From assembly GCF_018350175.1 (NCBI RefSeq), contig NC_058368.1:114020001-114084000 (forward strand): DNA of 64,000 bases. Direction: 5' to 3'. Source of the stretch: Felis catus (lineage: Eukaryota). The stretch's first letter is position 1, and each line of letters begins with the position of its first letter. Shown here piece after piece: positions 37,308-50,108 of the stretch. The translations under genes and the position numbers were made by a program. The notes under the pieces were generated by a model, which worked only from the letters and a program-made list of their open reading frames with translations, ran no database searches and had not been told where the DNA came from.

Positions 37308-38199
37308 AAATTATTAACAATGCTAAAGACGTTCTTGAATGAAAGATGGAGAGATAATGGCATAAAGATGCATAAAAAGAAGCTAGAACCAAAAGAGAGC
37401 CAGAGAGAGAGAGAGAGAGAGCAAGAGAGAGCAACTTGACACTACCAAGTTTTGCTTTAGGCCAGACCTGTGCGTGCCACATATCTGCCCAAAACACACA
37501 CACACACACACGCCATCCCTTTTTTCTGAGGAGAACAATGCTAAGTAACTCAAACTAGCTGTTATCATTTAGGGCAAAGAATTACAATGAGAAAGCAACT
37601 GAGGCAAGCAGCACTGCTGGCCAGGGAACAAGTTTCCAGAAGCTGTTACTCAATGGCATGCCCACAAAAGGTATTACTAATTATAAGCCTAGTAAAAGCG
37701 TTGCTATACCTCTCAGTGTTCAAGACATTTCACTTTCATATTTGGGAACTCTAACTTTCAACCATGTAACCATTCAATTAATTAGCCAAGTCAGAAAGCC
37801 CCCATCATAACCTATTAATTAGTCAACAAAGTAAGTTTGATTGCAAGTTGAATGACAGTGAAACTAAGTATTGTAATTATTTCCCATGCCTGCATCAGAT
37901 TCTCTAGTTTATGCTAACAGTACATTTTCTTCACTAACAACGCTATTAAGCACCATTCGAACAGACCACAAACTCGTCAGCACTCCAGTTATGCTAGAGA
38001 TCACCCTAACTAACTTATCAATGGCTAATGTATATAGAACTTTAATTATCAAATGGCTTTTTATCCCTAATTCTTTATGTATGGTAAATAGGAGTTATGA
38101 TGCATCTATTACTGGGTTTAAGGGACTTCATCAGTAGCACTTTTACAATTAGCTCCAGATTTTTTTAAACTTCTCATAAATCTCATGACTTAAACTTTA

Positions 38200-38400
38200 G
38201 AGGCACCTGGGTGGCTCAGTTGGTTAAACTTCTGACTTCAGTTCAGGTCATGATCTCCCGGTTTGAGAGTTTAGCCCCACATCAAACTCTGTGCTGACAG
38301 CTCAGAGCCTGGAGCCTGCTTCAGATTCTGTGTCTCCCTCTCTCTTTGCCTCCCCGCCCCCTCTCAAAAGTCAATAAACATTAAAAAAAAATTTTTTTTT
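38200..38400 (+). mobile_element. Can-SINE
   Basis: Head, CT tract, A/T tail. Confidence 0.93.
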
Positions 38401-38469
38401 AAATATCCCTTATCCCCACAGTATCACATAGGAGAATCAGCTAGACTGTTTTCTTTTCTTTCTTTCTTT

Positions 38470-38698
38470 TTAATGTTTATTTTTAAAAATAAAATTTTTT
38501 TAATGTTTATTTATTTTTGAGAGAGAGAGGGCATGAGAAGTGGAAGGGCAGAAAGAGAGGGAGACACAGAATCCGAAGCAGGCTCCAGGCTCTGAGCTGT
38601 CAGCACAGAGCCCGACGTGAGGCGCGAACCCACAAACCACGAGGTCATGACCTGAGCTGAAGTCGGACACTTAACCAACTGAGCCACCCAGGCACCCC
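38470..38698 (-). mobile_element. Can-SINE
   Basis: Reverse head; inserted in tail of next SINE (TTTTAATGTTTATTTTT on both sides). Confidence 0.93.
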
Positions 38699-38699
38699 A

Positions 38700-38889
38700 T
38701 TTTAATGTTTATTTTTGAGAAAGAGAACGCAAGCAGGGGAGGGGCAGAGAGAGAGGAAGACAAAAGAGCCAGAGCACTCTGGTGCTCTGACACCAGAGAG
38801 CCGGACATACGGCTTGAACCTGTGAACCATGAGACCATGACCTGGGCTGAGGTTTGACACTTAATCGACTGAGCCACCCAACTGCCCCT
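38700..38889 (-). mobile_element. Can-SINE
   Basis: Outer TSD CTAGACTGTTTTC at 38441-38453 and 38888-38900. Confidence 0.9.
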
Positions 38890-40296
38890 AGACTGTTTTC
38901 AAAATAATAATAATAATAAGCTACTACCATTCAATAGCCATTAGCTCAGGGATTTCTACTGAATCATGGCCAGCTTTATCTCTTCCTTGGATAAATCACC
39001 CTTATACTATTACATTTGAGCTGCAGCTTATTGGTTTGTCAAAAATGTAACTGTACCTTCTTTCTTTTGAATAAGAGGTAATGTATCTTTATCTGTGGTT
39101 TTTCCACTGTTTTTTTTTTTTCTTTCACATCAGCCTTCATGATTTCCCTCCTGAAACATTTCTTCCTTCTCTCTACCTCTCCTTCCACCTCCTTCCTTCT
39201 CCCTATCTCTTCCCTTCAGCATTTCTATTCTATCACTGGAAAAAATGAACAACAAAAGCCCTGCAGGGCACCCAAATGAAATAAAATGTAAGTCTCACAG
39301 TATTAGTTGCAAATAAAAACTATTATCTAAACACCAATTTCAAATGGTGCAGCTTAGAATTTTAAAGGTACAAGACGGTAGCCCCTCAGCCCAGGAAACA
39401 GTCAATTCTCCCTAGATAACCTTTTTCTGTCTCTTCTGACAGACAGTGGTCAGTCTTATAATTAAGATGTAATATGATGTTCTACCTGCTGGGTAAAGAC
39501 AGTTTCCATTACTAAAATGATTCTAACCAAGACACTAAAAGAAAAGGTTTTTATCAACTTCGTACATGACCCCCACCCCTCATCCACACACATGCACCTC
39601 TAACCTTGACCTCCACCCTGATCATTCAAAAGATATTTCCAATCTATGATGAAATATTATGGTGTTATTTCTGGCTCCAGGCTAAGAGCTAGTTCCTCCT
39701 ATAAACTGTTTTGTCTTTCTTCTAAACCTGTCTTAAGCTTTAATGAAATGAAAGTCACTAATGTGTAACTATCAACAGTAGTCTTTCTTCTGGTTATTTT
39801 TACCTCAAAAAAGTAATGAAATAAATTTTTTAATGCATGCTTTCACCCTTAAGGGACTTATATTCTGACAGGTAGGAGAGCAAAGGTCTAGAAGCAGCTA
39901 CTTAAAAAGTATGATGGACGGGAAATGCAAATCAAAACCACATTAAGATACCACTACATACCTAACAAAATGGCTAGGATCAAAAAGACAAGAAATATCA
40001 AGTGTTGTCAAGGATCTAGAGAAATAGGAAGCCTCATGCAGTGTCGGTGGAAATGCAACTTCGTGTAGATACTGTGTAAAACAGAACAGAAATTCCTACA
40101 AAAATTAAAAAGAGAATTACCATATGACCCAGTAATTCCACTACTGGGTATTTACCCAAAGAAAACAAAAACACTAATTCAAAAAGATATGTGCACCCCT
40201 ATGTTACTGTCATTAACCAAGCATTGTTGGCAATAGCCAACATATGGGAGCAACCCAAGTGTCTATAGATGAATGAATAAAGATGTAATATAAATA

Positions 40297-40405
40297 GGGG
40301 GTGCCTGGCTGACTCAGTCAGTAGAGCACATGACTCTTGATCCCAGGGTCATGAGTTCGAGCCCCACATTGGGCGTGGAGCCTACTTGAAATAAAAATTT
40401 TTTTT
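40297..40405 (+). mobile_element. Short Can-SINE
   Basis: GGGGGTGCCTGGCTGACTCAGTCAGTAGAGCAC...GCCTACTTGAAATAAAA. Confidence 0.9.
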
Positions 40406-40449
40406 AAAAGATGGGGTATAAATGTACAATGGAATATTTTTAATTGTAA

Positions 40450-40457
40450 TTTTTTTA

Positions 40458-40494
<37 letters not shown>

Positions 40495-40654
40495 GCATGT
40501 GTGAGCTATAGAGAGGGGCAGAGGGAGAGTGATAGAATCTTAAGCAGACTCAGCATGGAGCCGGATGCAGGGCTCAATCCCACGACCCTGTGATTATGAT
40601 CTAAGCTGAAATCAAGAGTAGAATGCTCAGTCAACTGCACCATCCAGACACCCC
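40450..40654 (-). mobile_element. Can-SINE (diverged) with (GT)(GA) microsatellite
   Basis: Reverse head; TSD TGTACAATGGA(A/T)TATT. Confidence 0.88.
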
Positions 40655-40975
40655 TGTACAATGGATTATTATTCAGCCATAAAAAAGAATGACATCTTGC
40701 CATTTGCAATATGAATAGACCTAGAAGTTCTGTATAATGCTAAGTGACGTAAGTCAGACAGAGAAAAGACAAATATCATATGATTTCATTCACATGGGGA
40801 ATTTAAGAAACAAAACAAATAATAAAAGAGACAAACAAAAAAACCAAACTCTTAGATACAGAGAACAAACAATTGGTTGCCAGAGGGGAGGTGGGGAATG
40901 GGGATGTGGGTGAAATAAATAAAGGGTATTAAAAGTATACTTATCATAATGAACACCAAGTAATGTACAGAATTG

Positions 40976-41189
40976 TTTTTTTTTTTCAACGTTTATTTAT
41001 TTTTGGGACAGAGAGAGACAGAGCATGAAAGGGGGAGGGGCAGAGAGAGAGGGAGACACAGAATCGGAAACAGGCTCCAGGCTCTGAGCCATCAGCCCAG
41101 AGCCTGACGCGGGGCTCGAACTCACGGACCGCGAGATCGTGACCTGGCTGAAGTCGGACGCTTAACCGACTGCACCACCCAGGCGCCCC
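40976..41189 (-). mobile_element. Young felid Can-SINE
   Basis: Near-consensus; TSD GAATTGTT. Confidence 0.97.
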
Positions 41190-42603
41190 CCGAATTGTTG
41201 AATCATTATACTGTATATCTGAAACTAATGTAACACTATATGTTAATTATAGTGGAATTAAAAAAAAATAAAATTTTAGAAATACATATATATGTAAATG
41301 ATTTAGACAATTCCAACAATTACATAAAAGCAAATATTTCACCCTTCAATAAATTTATTTCTGATTTCTATATACTATTTAAAAATACATATGCTTATCA
41401 TGATAAGCACTAGGTAAGTAATCTATAGAATGGTTGGATTGTTACACACCTGAAACTAATAGAACACTGTATATTAATTATATTTCAATAAAAAATACAT
41501 TAAAGAAAGTAAAATGTCCAAATTATAACATGTTAATGAAAAAATAGTAAATAAGAAAAAAGGAAAAGAAAAGAAAGTATGATAGAAATATAAACCAAGT
41601 GTTGTGGGGCCCAGTAGCAGAGGTAAGAATCGTTTCTTAGAGGAAACAAGTGAAAATTTCAGGAAAGTCAACTTTCCGTTTTGTAGTATTTGGGGGTCTG
41701 TCTGGTCCACCCAAATGTGGTCTGCTGTTGAGCCACTTGGTGAATGAAATAAGGCCTTATTTTCTCACTTGCCTAATGGGCCTGTATTCTCCTCTCTAAC
41801 AGACTAGAGTCTCTTTAGAGACTAGAAACTAGTTATCAATCTAGAACTTCATGTTTGCCAGATAGCCTTGGAAACACCATGTCCTGTGGCCCATGCTCCA
41901 AAAATCCTGCTCCACTATCTCCTGACCTCAAATCAATTTGGACTGAAGAGTAGTAGTTCATATCCTTAATAGTTTCCAGAAAAGGTGACTATTAGTGAGA
42001 TGAGTAAATATGTATGCTCTCAAAAAATTACTAAATTAACTATTCTGAATGTATCTGCCCAATGCACCAGAGCTAAATTTAAAAATGCTAAAACATTGGC
42101 AACAAGTCCTCTACGTGTTCTCTCTGCCTATTTCTAAAGATTCCCTTAGGAATAATACCCAAACAATTTCTAACAGAGAAAAATTAACAATATAAATGAT
42201 TCAAAATAAAGAATACCCAAATGTGGTTTAAATGCATATAGTGTATACTTCTCTGCAATGCAAAATAAAACATTCTGAAAAAGTCATAAATAACTTGACA
42301 GAGTAACATGCATGAGGCTTCAACTCAAAGAAGCTGTCTCCCACTTGATACTGAGGAGGAACAGCATAGTTTGTCAGCCTAGGGAAAAGAGTTGATCTTT
42401 AATCCCATAAACTTTGTATTCTGTAGAATAATAAATATTTATATATGTAAACATATAGACATATATACATATACGTATATGTATATATAAAGTTATGTAT
42501 ATATAAAGTCCTTAGTATATACTTTCACTGTCTTGGTTCTGAAGGCTTTCCTTCTGGCTAAGTTGAAAGCTGGCTAAAGGAAAGCTAAGAGTAATTGAAG
42601 GCT

Positions 42604-42819
42604 GGGGCGCCTGAGTGGCTCAGTCAGTTAAGCATCTGACTTGAGCTCAAGCCATGATCTCATAGTTCATGAGTTTGAGCCCTGCGTCAGGCTCTGTGCT
42701 GACAGCTCAGAACCTGGGTCCTGCTTCAGATTCTGTGTCTCCCTCTCTCTCTCTGTCCCTCCCCTGTTGATGCTCGCTCTCGCTCTCTCTCTCTCAAAAA
42801 TAAATCTTTAAAAAAATTT
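42604..42819 (+). mobile_element. Can-SINE
   Basis: Head, CT tract; flanked by AGTAA(T/G)TGAAGGC. Confidence 0.95.
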
Positions 42820-42835
42820 AAAAGTAAGTGAAGGC

Positions 42836-43056
42836 AGGCGTGCCTCGGTGGCTCAGTCAGCTGAGCGACCGACTTCAGTTCAGGTCATGATCTCACGGTT
42901 TGTGAGTTCGACCCCCACATCAGGCTCTGTGCTGACAACTCAAAGCCCGGAGCCTGCTTCAGATTCTGTCTCCCTCTCTCTCTCTCTCCCTGCTCCTCCC
43001 CCACACATGCTCTGTCTCTCTCTGTCTCAGAAATAAACATTAAAATTTTTTTAAAT
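42836..43056 (+). mobile_element. Can-SINE, tandem to the preceding one
   Basis: Flanked by AAGTGAAGGCAG. Confidence 0.94.
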
Positions 43057-44794
43057 AAAAGTGAAGGCAGACTCAGTGAGAATGGAATTCTCAATTTACT
43101 TCTATACCCAAAATAAGAATATACTGGGCAAGAGAAGAATAAGTATCCCCACTAAGGGGAAGGGGCAAGATTTCAAAACTGAAGTGCTCAGGAATTCTTA
43201 CAATTCTCCCTGAAGTCATCTATGCAATAAATGTGCTCATGCAATAAATTGGAGAATGAAAACTGACATATATTCCTAGGGGGCCCAGGGAAGGCAAGGC
43301 AGGTCTCTTTCCCCTATTTCTATTACCAAACTCCTGGAAGCTGGGCTGGTGCCTCCCCTGCTGGAGAAGCAACAAGATGTGTGGTGCTGGCGACAGGAAC
43401 GCATCCATCTTATATCTGGTTGTCGGCTGTTGCCTGTGATTCTCTATTTTAAATCTGTTCTTCTAACTGGACTGAGAACTTTCAGAGACCTTGACCTACA
43501 TCCATTATTCCTTCTATACCAGCAGTCTAGTACCGTCCTCAGTATTTAGGACAGGACAAGGCAAGGGAAAAGCATTTAATACATATAGATTCTAAAAGTT
43601 ATTATTTCCTTAAAAAGCCGGCTAGACAGTAATTACTTACTTAATGAATACCTGAATGTTTTTCAAGCCTATGTTTTATTAATTGTCCAATGAGAGTAGA
43701 AAGATATAATCCTAATTACACAGAGATTATGGGACTATCAATAAACCAGAAAATCCTGAGTCCTTTGGGACTCCATTTAAATGTTTCTTAACAACCTCCT
43801 CTGATCCCCCAGGGCTGTTAGGATCCCCTAGTCACTGCTCTTATATCACCCCATGTATACCTACCATGTAGAACCCTGAAGGTCTGTTTACATGTGTGCC
43901 TGCTCTACAAGACATGAGCTCCCTGAAGGCAAGGAGGACTGGGTGTTATTCACCCAAGTAGCTCCAGTGTCAACTACAGCATCTGGCTACAGCATCTCCA
44001 ACTACAATATCTCCACAAAGTAGAGAATAAATTAATATTTGCAGGCTGGATATGCAGAATAAATCTGAGGATAACAAATCTTTGCTTGGAAGTGGGTTGT
44101 GGATCTGAATAGCATATGGGACCTGTACTTCCTGGACTCAGTAACTGAAGAAGCAGAAAGCCAAAATTCCATCTGAAATATAATAGCCAGGGCTCAGGAA
44201 ACCTGCAATGGCGAGAGGACAAAAGCAAACACACCTTGGTTGTAGGCGAGGCTCAAGGGCAAAGTGTACTTATTTGTGGCTCAAACATTATTTGCCAGTA
44301 ACAGTTATGCCAGTAAGAGTCAGCTAACTGGGCAGATCCTAGGATTGAAAGAGATTTCTCTATTAATTTCCAATTAACTAAGTTGACAGGTTCTTGGAGC
44401 AAAAAGCTTTAAGAAATCCAAAGCCAGGCTTCTAGAGCAACCAGTTCCAGAAGAGCGGGGCCCATTATGACCCCATCAGAAGAAAAATCAGACTCTCTAT
44501 AAAAGGCAGGACAGAACTTCATCTTTTTCAGGGAGCCAAATTCTTCCTCTCCATTAAGAGAACATAAAACCAGAAACAAAAGTTATTGACTTACTGATTT
44601 GGCAACGATCTTCCTCATCTTGGGATCCCAGAAGATGCCTTTTGGTTTTCTACAGGAGTCCTTGACTCCTGGACACTGTTACAAGACAGCTGTCTCCTGG
44701 TAATTCAAGCTTTACACCTTTCTACTTCCTGTGAAGTTTCTCAATTTAAAAACAAATACAAAGGTGTGTGCGTGCACACATGTACACACGTTTG

Positions 44795-45010
44795 TGTGTA
44801 GCACCTAAAAAAATGTCTGAAAGGAAATATTCCAAAATGTTAATAGTGTTTATGCCCAGGTGACAGGATTTTTTTGGTGACCTATCTCTACTTCTTTTTC
44901 CCTTATTTCATCTTGTGTTCTAATCTCCCTTCCTTTCTCCTATTTGATATCTATGTTTTCTAAATATTCTACTAGAAACATGTGTTATTTGTATAATTTT
45001 TAAAATGGGC
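44795..45010 (+). mobile_element. Ancient L1 3' end (L1ME-like)
   Basis: AAAAATGTCTGAAAGGAAATATTCCAAAATGTTAATAGTG...TTTTCTAAATATTCTAC. Confidence 0.6.
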
Positions 45011-45145
45011 GAGAAAAAGATTAAAACTGAAAAAAATCAATAAACACAAAACAAAAAAACCTACGAATCCAAAGTGCCTGGCCATGAGGCAGCTGTGGTA
45101 CAAGAAATCAAGAGACAAGGGTCTAGCTTAACGTTTGGGTAAATC

Positions 45146-45256
45146 AGGGGCACCTGGCTGCCTCAGTTGGTTGAGTGACTTCGGCTCAGGTCATGATCTC
45201 ACTGTTCATTGATTCAAGCCTCATGTCGGGCTTTGCGCTGATAGCACAAAGCCTGC

Positions 45257-45288
<32 letters not shown>

Positions 45289-45358
45289 GCCCCTCCCCCA
45301 TTCATGTGTGCTCTCTCTTTCTCTCTCTCTCTCAAAAATAAACATTAAAATTTTTTTT
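45146..45358 (+). mobile_element. Can-SINE
   Basis: Head, (CT)n, tail; imperfect TSD GTTTGG..AAATCA. Confidence 0.93.
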
Positions 45359-45548
45359 TAGTGTTTGGAAAAATCACTTACCCTTCCTAAGCTTCAGATT
45401 CTTCATCTGCAAAACACATCATTCATTCAATAAGTACTTAACAAGCTCTACTATGTGAATAAATATAATCGTGAGCAAGATTGACCTAATTCCCTGCCTT
45501 CACGGCAGTCTCTCAGAGATGATACTTCTTTTCAAAAAGTCAATTTTG

Positions 45549-45775
45549 AGGGTGCCTGGGTGGCTCAGTCGGTTGGGCATCCGACTTCAGCTCAGGTCAT
45601 GATCTCGTGGTTTGTGGGTTCGAGCCCCATGTCGGGCTCTGCGCTGACAGCTCAGAGCCTGAAGCCTGCTTCGGATTCTGGGTCTCCCTCTCTCCCTGCC
45701 TCTCCCCCACTCACGGTCTCTATCAAAAATAAATAAAAATGTAAAAAAAATTTTTTTAAGTAAATTTTGACAAGT
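45549..45775 (+). mobile_element. Can-SINE
   Basis: TSD AAGT(C/A)AATTTTGA. Confidence 0.95.
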
Positions 45776-47738
45776 ACTATAACAGAAGAAGGTACAATAT
45801 CTACAATATTATGAAAGCAACGAGTAGAAGAAACTGGGGAGAATGGGGACAGAAAGAAGATAAAAGAATCTTCCTGGAAGAAATAAACTGAGAGCCAAAG
45901 GATGATTAGGATTTAGCCAGGCAAAGATGAGGCTGGTTATGCCTGTAACTGCTTTGTAATTCTGTGATTCTGTGTTCTAAGCTGTGTTACTGAATCACAG
46001 AGTCCAAAGGTTCATCTGTCACTCATTTTGTCCCTCTACTCATTAACTCACTTCATCCTAAAAACATTCTTGTAGGTAGATAATTTTACTTCAGTTTACA
46101 AATGAAGTATTAGTTGAGCAAGTTGCCTGAAGTTAGACAGGGGTAAATCCTCATCTATCTAAAATCCCATCCTCCTTCAGTCATCATTCAATTATCACTT
46201 ACTAAGTACCTGTCGAGCTCTCTGCTAGACATTGGAGATGAAGAGATCAGTAAAACTATATCCTTGCTCTTGAGGAATGCACTGTCTGAGGGGGAACTTT
46301 AAGTAGCCAGACAATTACAACATCGTGGAGTGTTTAGAAAGAAGCAGAGTGTGACTATGCCTTTTCATCACAATCTAGTTCCCTAGGTCTCCTAGGAAAT
46401 CTGCAGGTACATGATCAATGACAAAGACTATACAAATGGGGAAATTTTCAAAGCTGTAGCTGAAGCCTAGCATCCCTGTTACCGACCGACAGCTCTGTCT
46501 GCTATACCATTAGGCCATGCCACTCTACTCAGGTGAAAATCTTCCAGGGGAAATGAGTGTCCAAATGGTATCCATTCATCTTACTATGGAGAATAAGCAT
46601 GCTCCCAGGCACCCCAAAATGATGAAGAACGCTGGCAGTGGCATCACTGGCTCCTACAGAAAGGCAGGTATAAGCTAAAGAATGCCTGCTATGATGGTGG
46701 AACACTTCATGACAATTTTCAGACAAAACTTCCTTACCCATAAGTCTTCTGAAGAAAACCCCTCCTCTCTGATTTCAGGGAACTGAGAAAAGAGGTACAA
46801 ATCCAAGATTTCAGAGTTGCTCCTGGAAGAGCTTCAACCAGGAGCTCTCAGAAACAGATACTATGTCTAATTTTGGAGCCTCACAAAAACACTAGGCATC
46901 TAGCTTGCTAGAATGAGTGTGAGATGTATCTTCCAAGTCAATAGTTCATTGGACACTAGGCCTACAGTATTGTGTAGAGGAACTCAATTCCTTCACAGAG
47001 TAACTGAGGGGAAAGAGCTCACAGATCTCAGATGTTTACTCACCCCTCTAAGAGGCCCCAAGTAGCATCCATTTGTTCATACATTGAGATCTACAATAAA
47101 ATTGCCTTTGGTGTTGGTGGGACATGGATTGCAAAACAATGTACCTGGGAGCCAGGAGTCCTGATACTTTGATCTCAATTCTTCCACAGACTTATTTTGT
47201 AGCCCTAAACATGTCGCTTAAGCCCTCTGTGCCTCAGTTCTGCCATCTACAGAAAAGGAATGCTGCTGTCCTCCTTCCTGGAAGAACTGTGGAGAGGACA
47301 CTGGAGTAGCCTTCCTTATTCACCCCCATGTTCGAGTAGTTACTTGATGATATTGCTTGTACATACATAAGACAGGGAGTAATCCCTGCCTTGCAGGACT
47401 GTTGTAAGAACTGAAGATAATGTATGTACAGTGCCTGGCCAAAGAAGGGACTACAGAAATAGTGGCAATATTAAAATCTCTGACACCAGTATAAGCCCTG
47501 AGGAGACTGCTCTTTTATAAATTTACATGTGTCAGATCCAGCCCACAGATCTCAGAGTTAGGCTAAAAATCTATGGAAAACTCTAAGTTCTTAAAGATGA
47601 TAGCTGAAAAACAAAAAATCAGATGATTTCAAACTGCTTTCAGCATCCTTCCTCAATCCTCATCAGGTAGAAAAATACTCTCCACCTTCACTCAGCCACA
47701 GCCTTGGTGTCATTTTGACTAGAAATCTCCTGTCACCC

Positions 47739-47783
47739 CTGACTTCACAACCTGACTTCACAACGTGACTTCACAACCTGACT
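47739..47783. repeat. 13-bp tandem repeat, about 3.5 copies
   Basis: CTGACTTCACAAC x3 plus CTGACT. Confidence 0.9.
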
Positions 47784-47832
47784 AGACAATACTGTGGGGA
47801 AAAGGGATGTGGGTGCTTGGGGGAAGCTGCAA

Positions 47833-48008
47833 TTTTATTTAATGCTTATTTATTTTTTGAGAGAGTGCAAGCAGGGCAGGGGCAGAGGATCTGAAGTGGG
47901 CTCTGCACCGACAGCAGCAAGCCCAATGTGGGGCTCCAGCACATGAACCACGAGATCATGACCTGAGCTGAAATTGGACACTGAAATGACTGAGCCACCC
48001 AGGCACCC
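47833..48008 (-). mobile_element. Can-SINE inside L2
   Basis: Reverse head; TGCAATTTTA on both sides. Confidence 0.9.
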
Positions 48009-48009
48009 C

Positions 48010-48250
48010 AAGGGCTTGCAATTTTAAATGTGTGGTTCAGGTAGGTTTTCCCGAGGTGACATGTGAGCCAAGACTTGAAGGAGATAAGGAAACAAGACAT
48101 GAGGATAGCTAAGAGAAGAGAGTCTAGGGAGAGGGTACAGCAAGTTCAAGGGCCCTGAGGCAGGAGTGCTCCTGGTGGATTCAAGGAAGAGTGGGGAGAC
48201 TGAAGCAGCAGGAGTGAGGGGAGAATAATAGAGGATGAGGTTCAAGAGGT
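48010..48250 (-). mobile_element. L2 remnant
   Basis: GAGGTGACATGTGAGCCAAGACTTGAAGGA...CAAGGGCCCTGAGGCAGGAG. Confidence 0.75.
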
Positions 48251-48324
48251 AAGAACCTTCACAATATGGTCTCTAAAGTGATGGTCCTGTTTTAGGCCTC
48301 AGTTCTCCCTTCTAAAAACTAGGC

Positions 48325-48465
48325 AGGAGCAGCTACGTGGCTAAGTCAGTTAAGCGGCTCCACTCAGCATGAAGACTGCTTGGGATTCTCTATTTCCCTC
48401 TCCCTCTGTGTTCCTTCTCTGCTTTCACACTCTCTCTCTCTCAAAATAAATAAATAAATAAAATG
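48325..48465 (+). mobile_element. Internally deleted Can-SINE
   Basis: Head joined directly to GGCTCCACTCAGCATG...CT tract, (TAAA)n tail. Confidence 0.8.
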
Positions 48466-48709
48466 TTTAAAAGATTAGGCAGAATGATAATACTCAAGAA
48501 CAAGGTACTTGAAAGGGTAAAACAAAAAGAAAACTTAGTGAACAAACGAATGGAATGGTAATTGGAAGACATGAGTTTGAGGCCTGGATCTACACAAATG
48601 AGCTATGTGGCCCTTGAGCAAGTCACTTCACTTCTCCAAGCCAGTTTTCTTATTGGCAAAATGGAATGATCTGAGCTAATAGAGATGTTTTTCATCTGAA
48701 AATTATATA

Positions 48710-49930
48710 CAAAGTATTCTTCAACAAATGGCTAAAACTACTGAATATTCATATGCCAAAAAAGGTGATTTTTTTTCATATCTCATACAATATAAAAACT
48801 CAAATGGATCACAAACCTATATGTAAAATTTAAAGTTATAAAGTTACAGAAGGAAACACAGGGTAAAAAACACTACAACCTTGAGCTACCCAAAGATTTC
48901 TCAAATACAACACCAAAGGTACTGTCCTTTAAAGAACAAACTGATAAAATGGTCTTTGTCAAAATAAAAGACTGACATACACCAAGAGTTGGTGAGGATG
49001 AGGATGTAGAGGAAGTGAAACTTCATAAGCGCTGGTGGGATCTGAAATGATAACAACTACTTTACAAAACAATTTGACATGTTCTTAGAAGTTAAACAGA
49101 CACCTACCATTTGATCCAATATTCTACTCCTAGGTGTTCACCTACTAGAAATAAAAGCATATTACCCATATGAAGACTTATACATGAATGTTCATAATAG
49201 CTTTATGTGTAATAGCCAAAAACCAGAGCAATCTAAGGTCCAACAACAGATGAACGAATAAACCATGGTATATTTTTATAATGGAATACTACTCAGGAAT
49301 GAAAAGGAATGAGCTATTGATACAGACTACAATATGGATGAATCTCAAAATAATTATGCTGAGTGGAGTGCCTGGGTGACTCAGTCAGTTAAGCATCCAA
49401 CTTCAGCTCAGGTCATGATCTTGTGGTTCATGAGTTCGAGCCCCACATCAGGCTCTCTGCTGTCAGCATGGAGCCAACTTTGGATCCTATGTCCCCCTCT
49501 TTTTCCCCTCCCCCATTCTCTCTCTCCCTCTCTCTCTCTCTCTCTGTCTCAAAAAAAAAACTTTAAAAAATAAATAAAATACAAAAATAATGACAATAAT
49601 TATTATTACACTGAGTGAAAAAAGGCAGATACCCCCCCCACCAAGAAAATGAGATACATACTGCATATATCATTTATACAGAATTCTAGAGAATACAAAT
49701 TAATCTACAGTGACAGCAAATCAGTGGTTGTCTGAAGACAGGGGTAGGAAGGTATAAGAGAGGTATTACAATGGAGACATGAGAAAACTTTTGGGAGTAA
49801 CAGATATGTTAATTATCTTGATTGTGGTAATGGCTTCACAAGTGTACACAAATGTCAAAACTTATCAAATTATACACTTTAAAATGTGCAGTTTATCATA
49901 TATTGATCTATTGCAATAAAGCTGTAAAAA
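48710..49930 (+). mobile_element. Old L1 3' part (L1MB/MC-like)
   Basis: TCTTCAACAAATGG, CTACTCCTAGGT, ATGGATGAATCTCAAAA, CAATAAAGCTGT terminus. Confidence 0.85.
49364..49580 (+). mobile_element. Can-SINE inside old L1
   Basis: Head, CT tract, tail. Confidence 0.93.
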
Positions 49931-50108
49931 AAATGTTTGTAAGGAACACAGAGTATTTACTCCAATTCAAGTCAGCAAACTTTACTAAGCACCTACCCTG
50001 TACCAAGAGCTATGACATATACAAGAGAGGCAGAAGCAAATGAAACCAGGTTAATGACCTCAAGCTACTTACAGCCTCCAGGCAGGAAGCTTTAAAGCAA
50101 TTTCACAT

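Larger units (their letters stand above)
39921..41272 (+). mobile_element. Carnivore L1 3' part, interrupted by three SINEs
   Basis: GGAAATGCAAATCAAAACCAC...CATATGACCCAGTAATTCCAC; 3' UTR and A tail. Confidence 0.9.

Noticed and set aside
43222..43249. ATGCAATAAAT direct repeat and scattered MEF2-like CTA(A/T)4TAA motifs
   Set aside because: Short AT-rich motifs are common here and cannot be supported without conservation or chromatin data.
44498..44530. TATAAAAG box
   Set aside because: No well-spaced initiator, CpG enrichment or downstream exon; expected by chance.
47739..47783. Short direct repeats, considered as CRISPR-like
   Set aside because: Contiguous 13-mers with no spacers, in mammalian DNA; a local slippage product.
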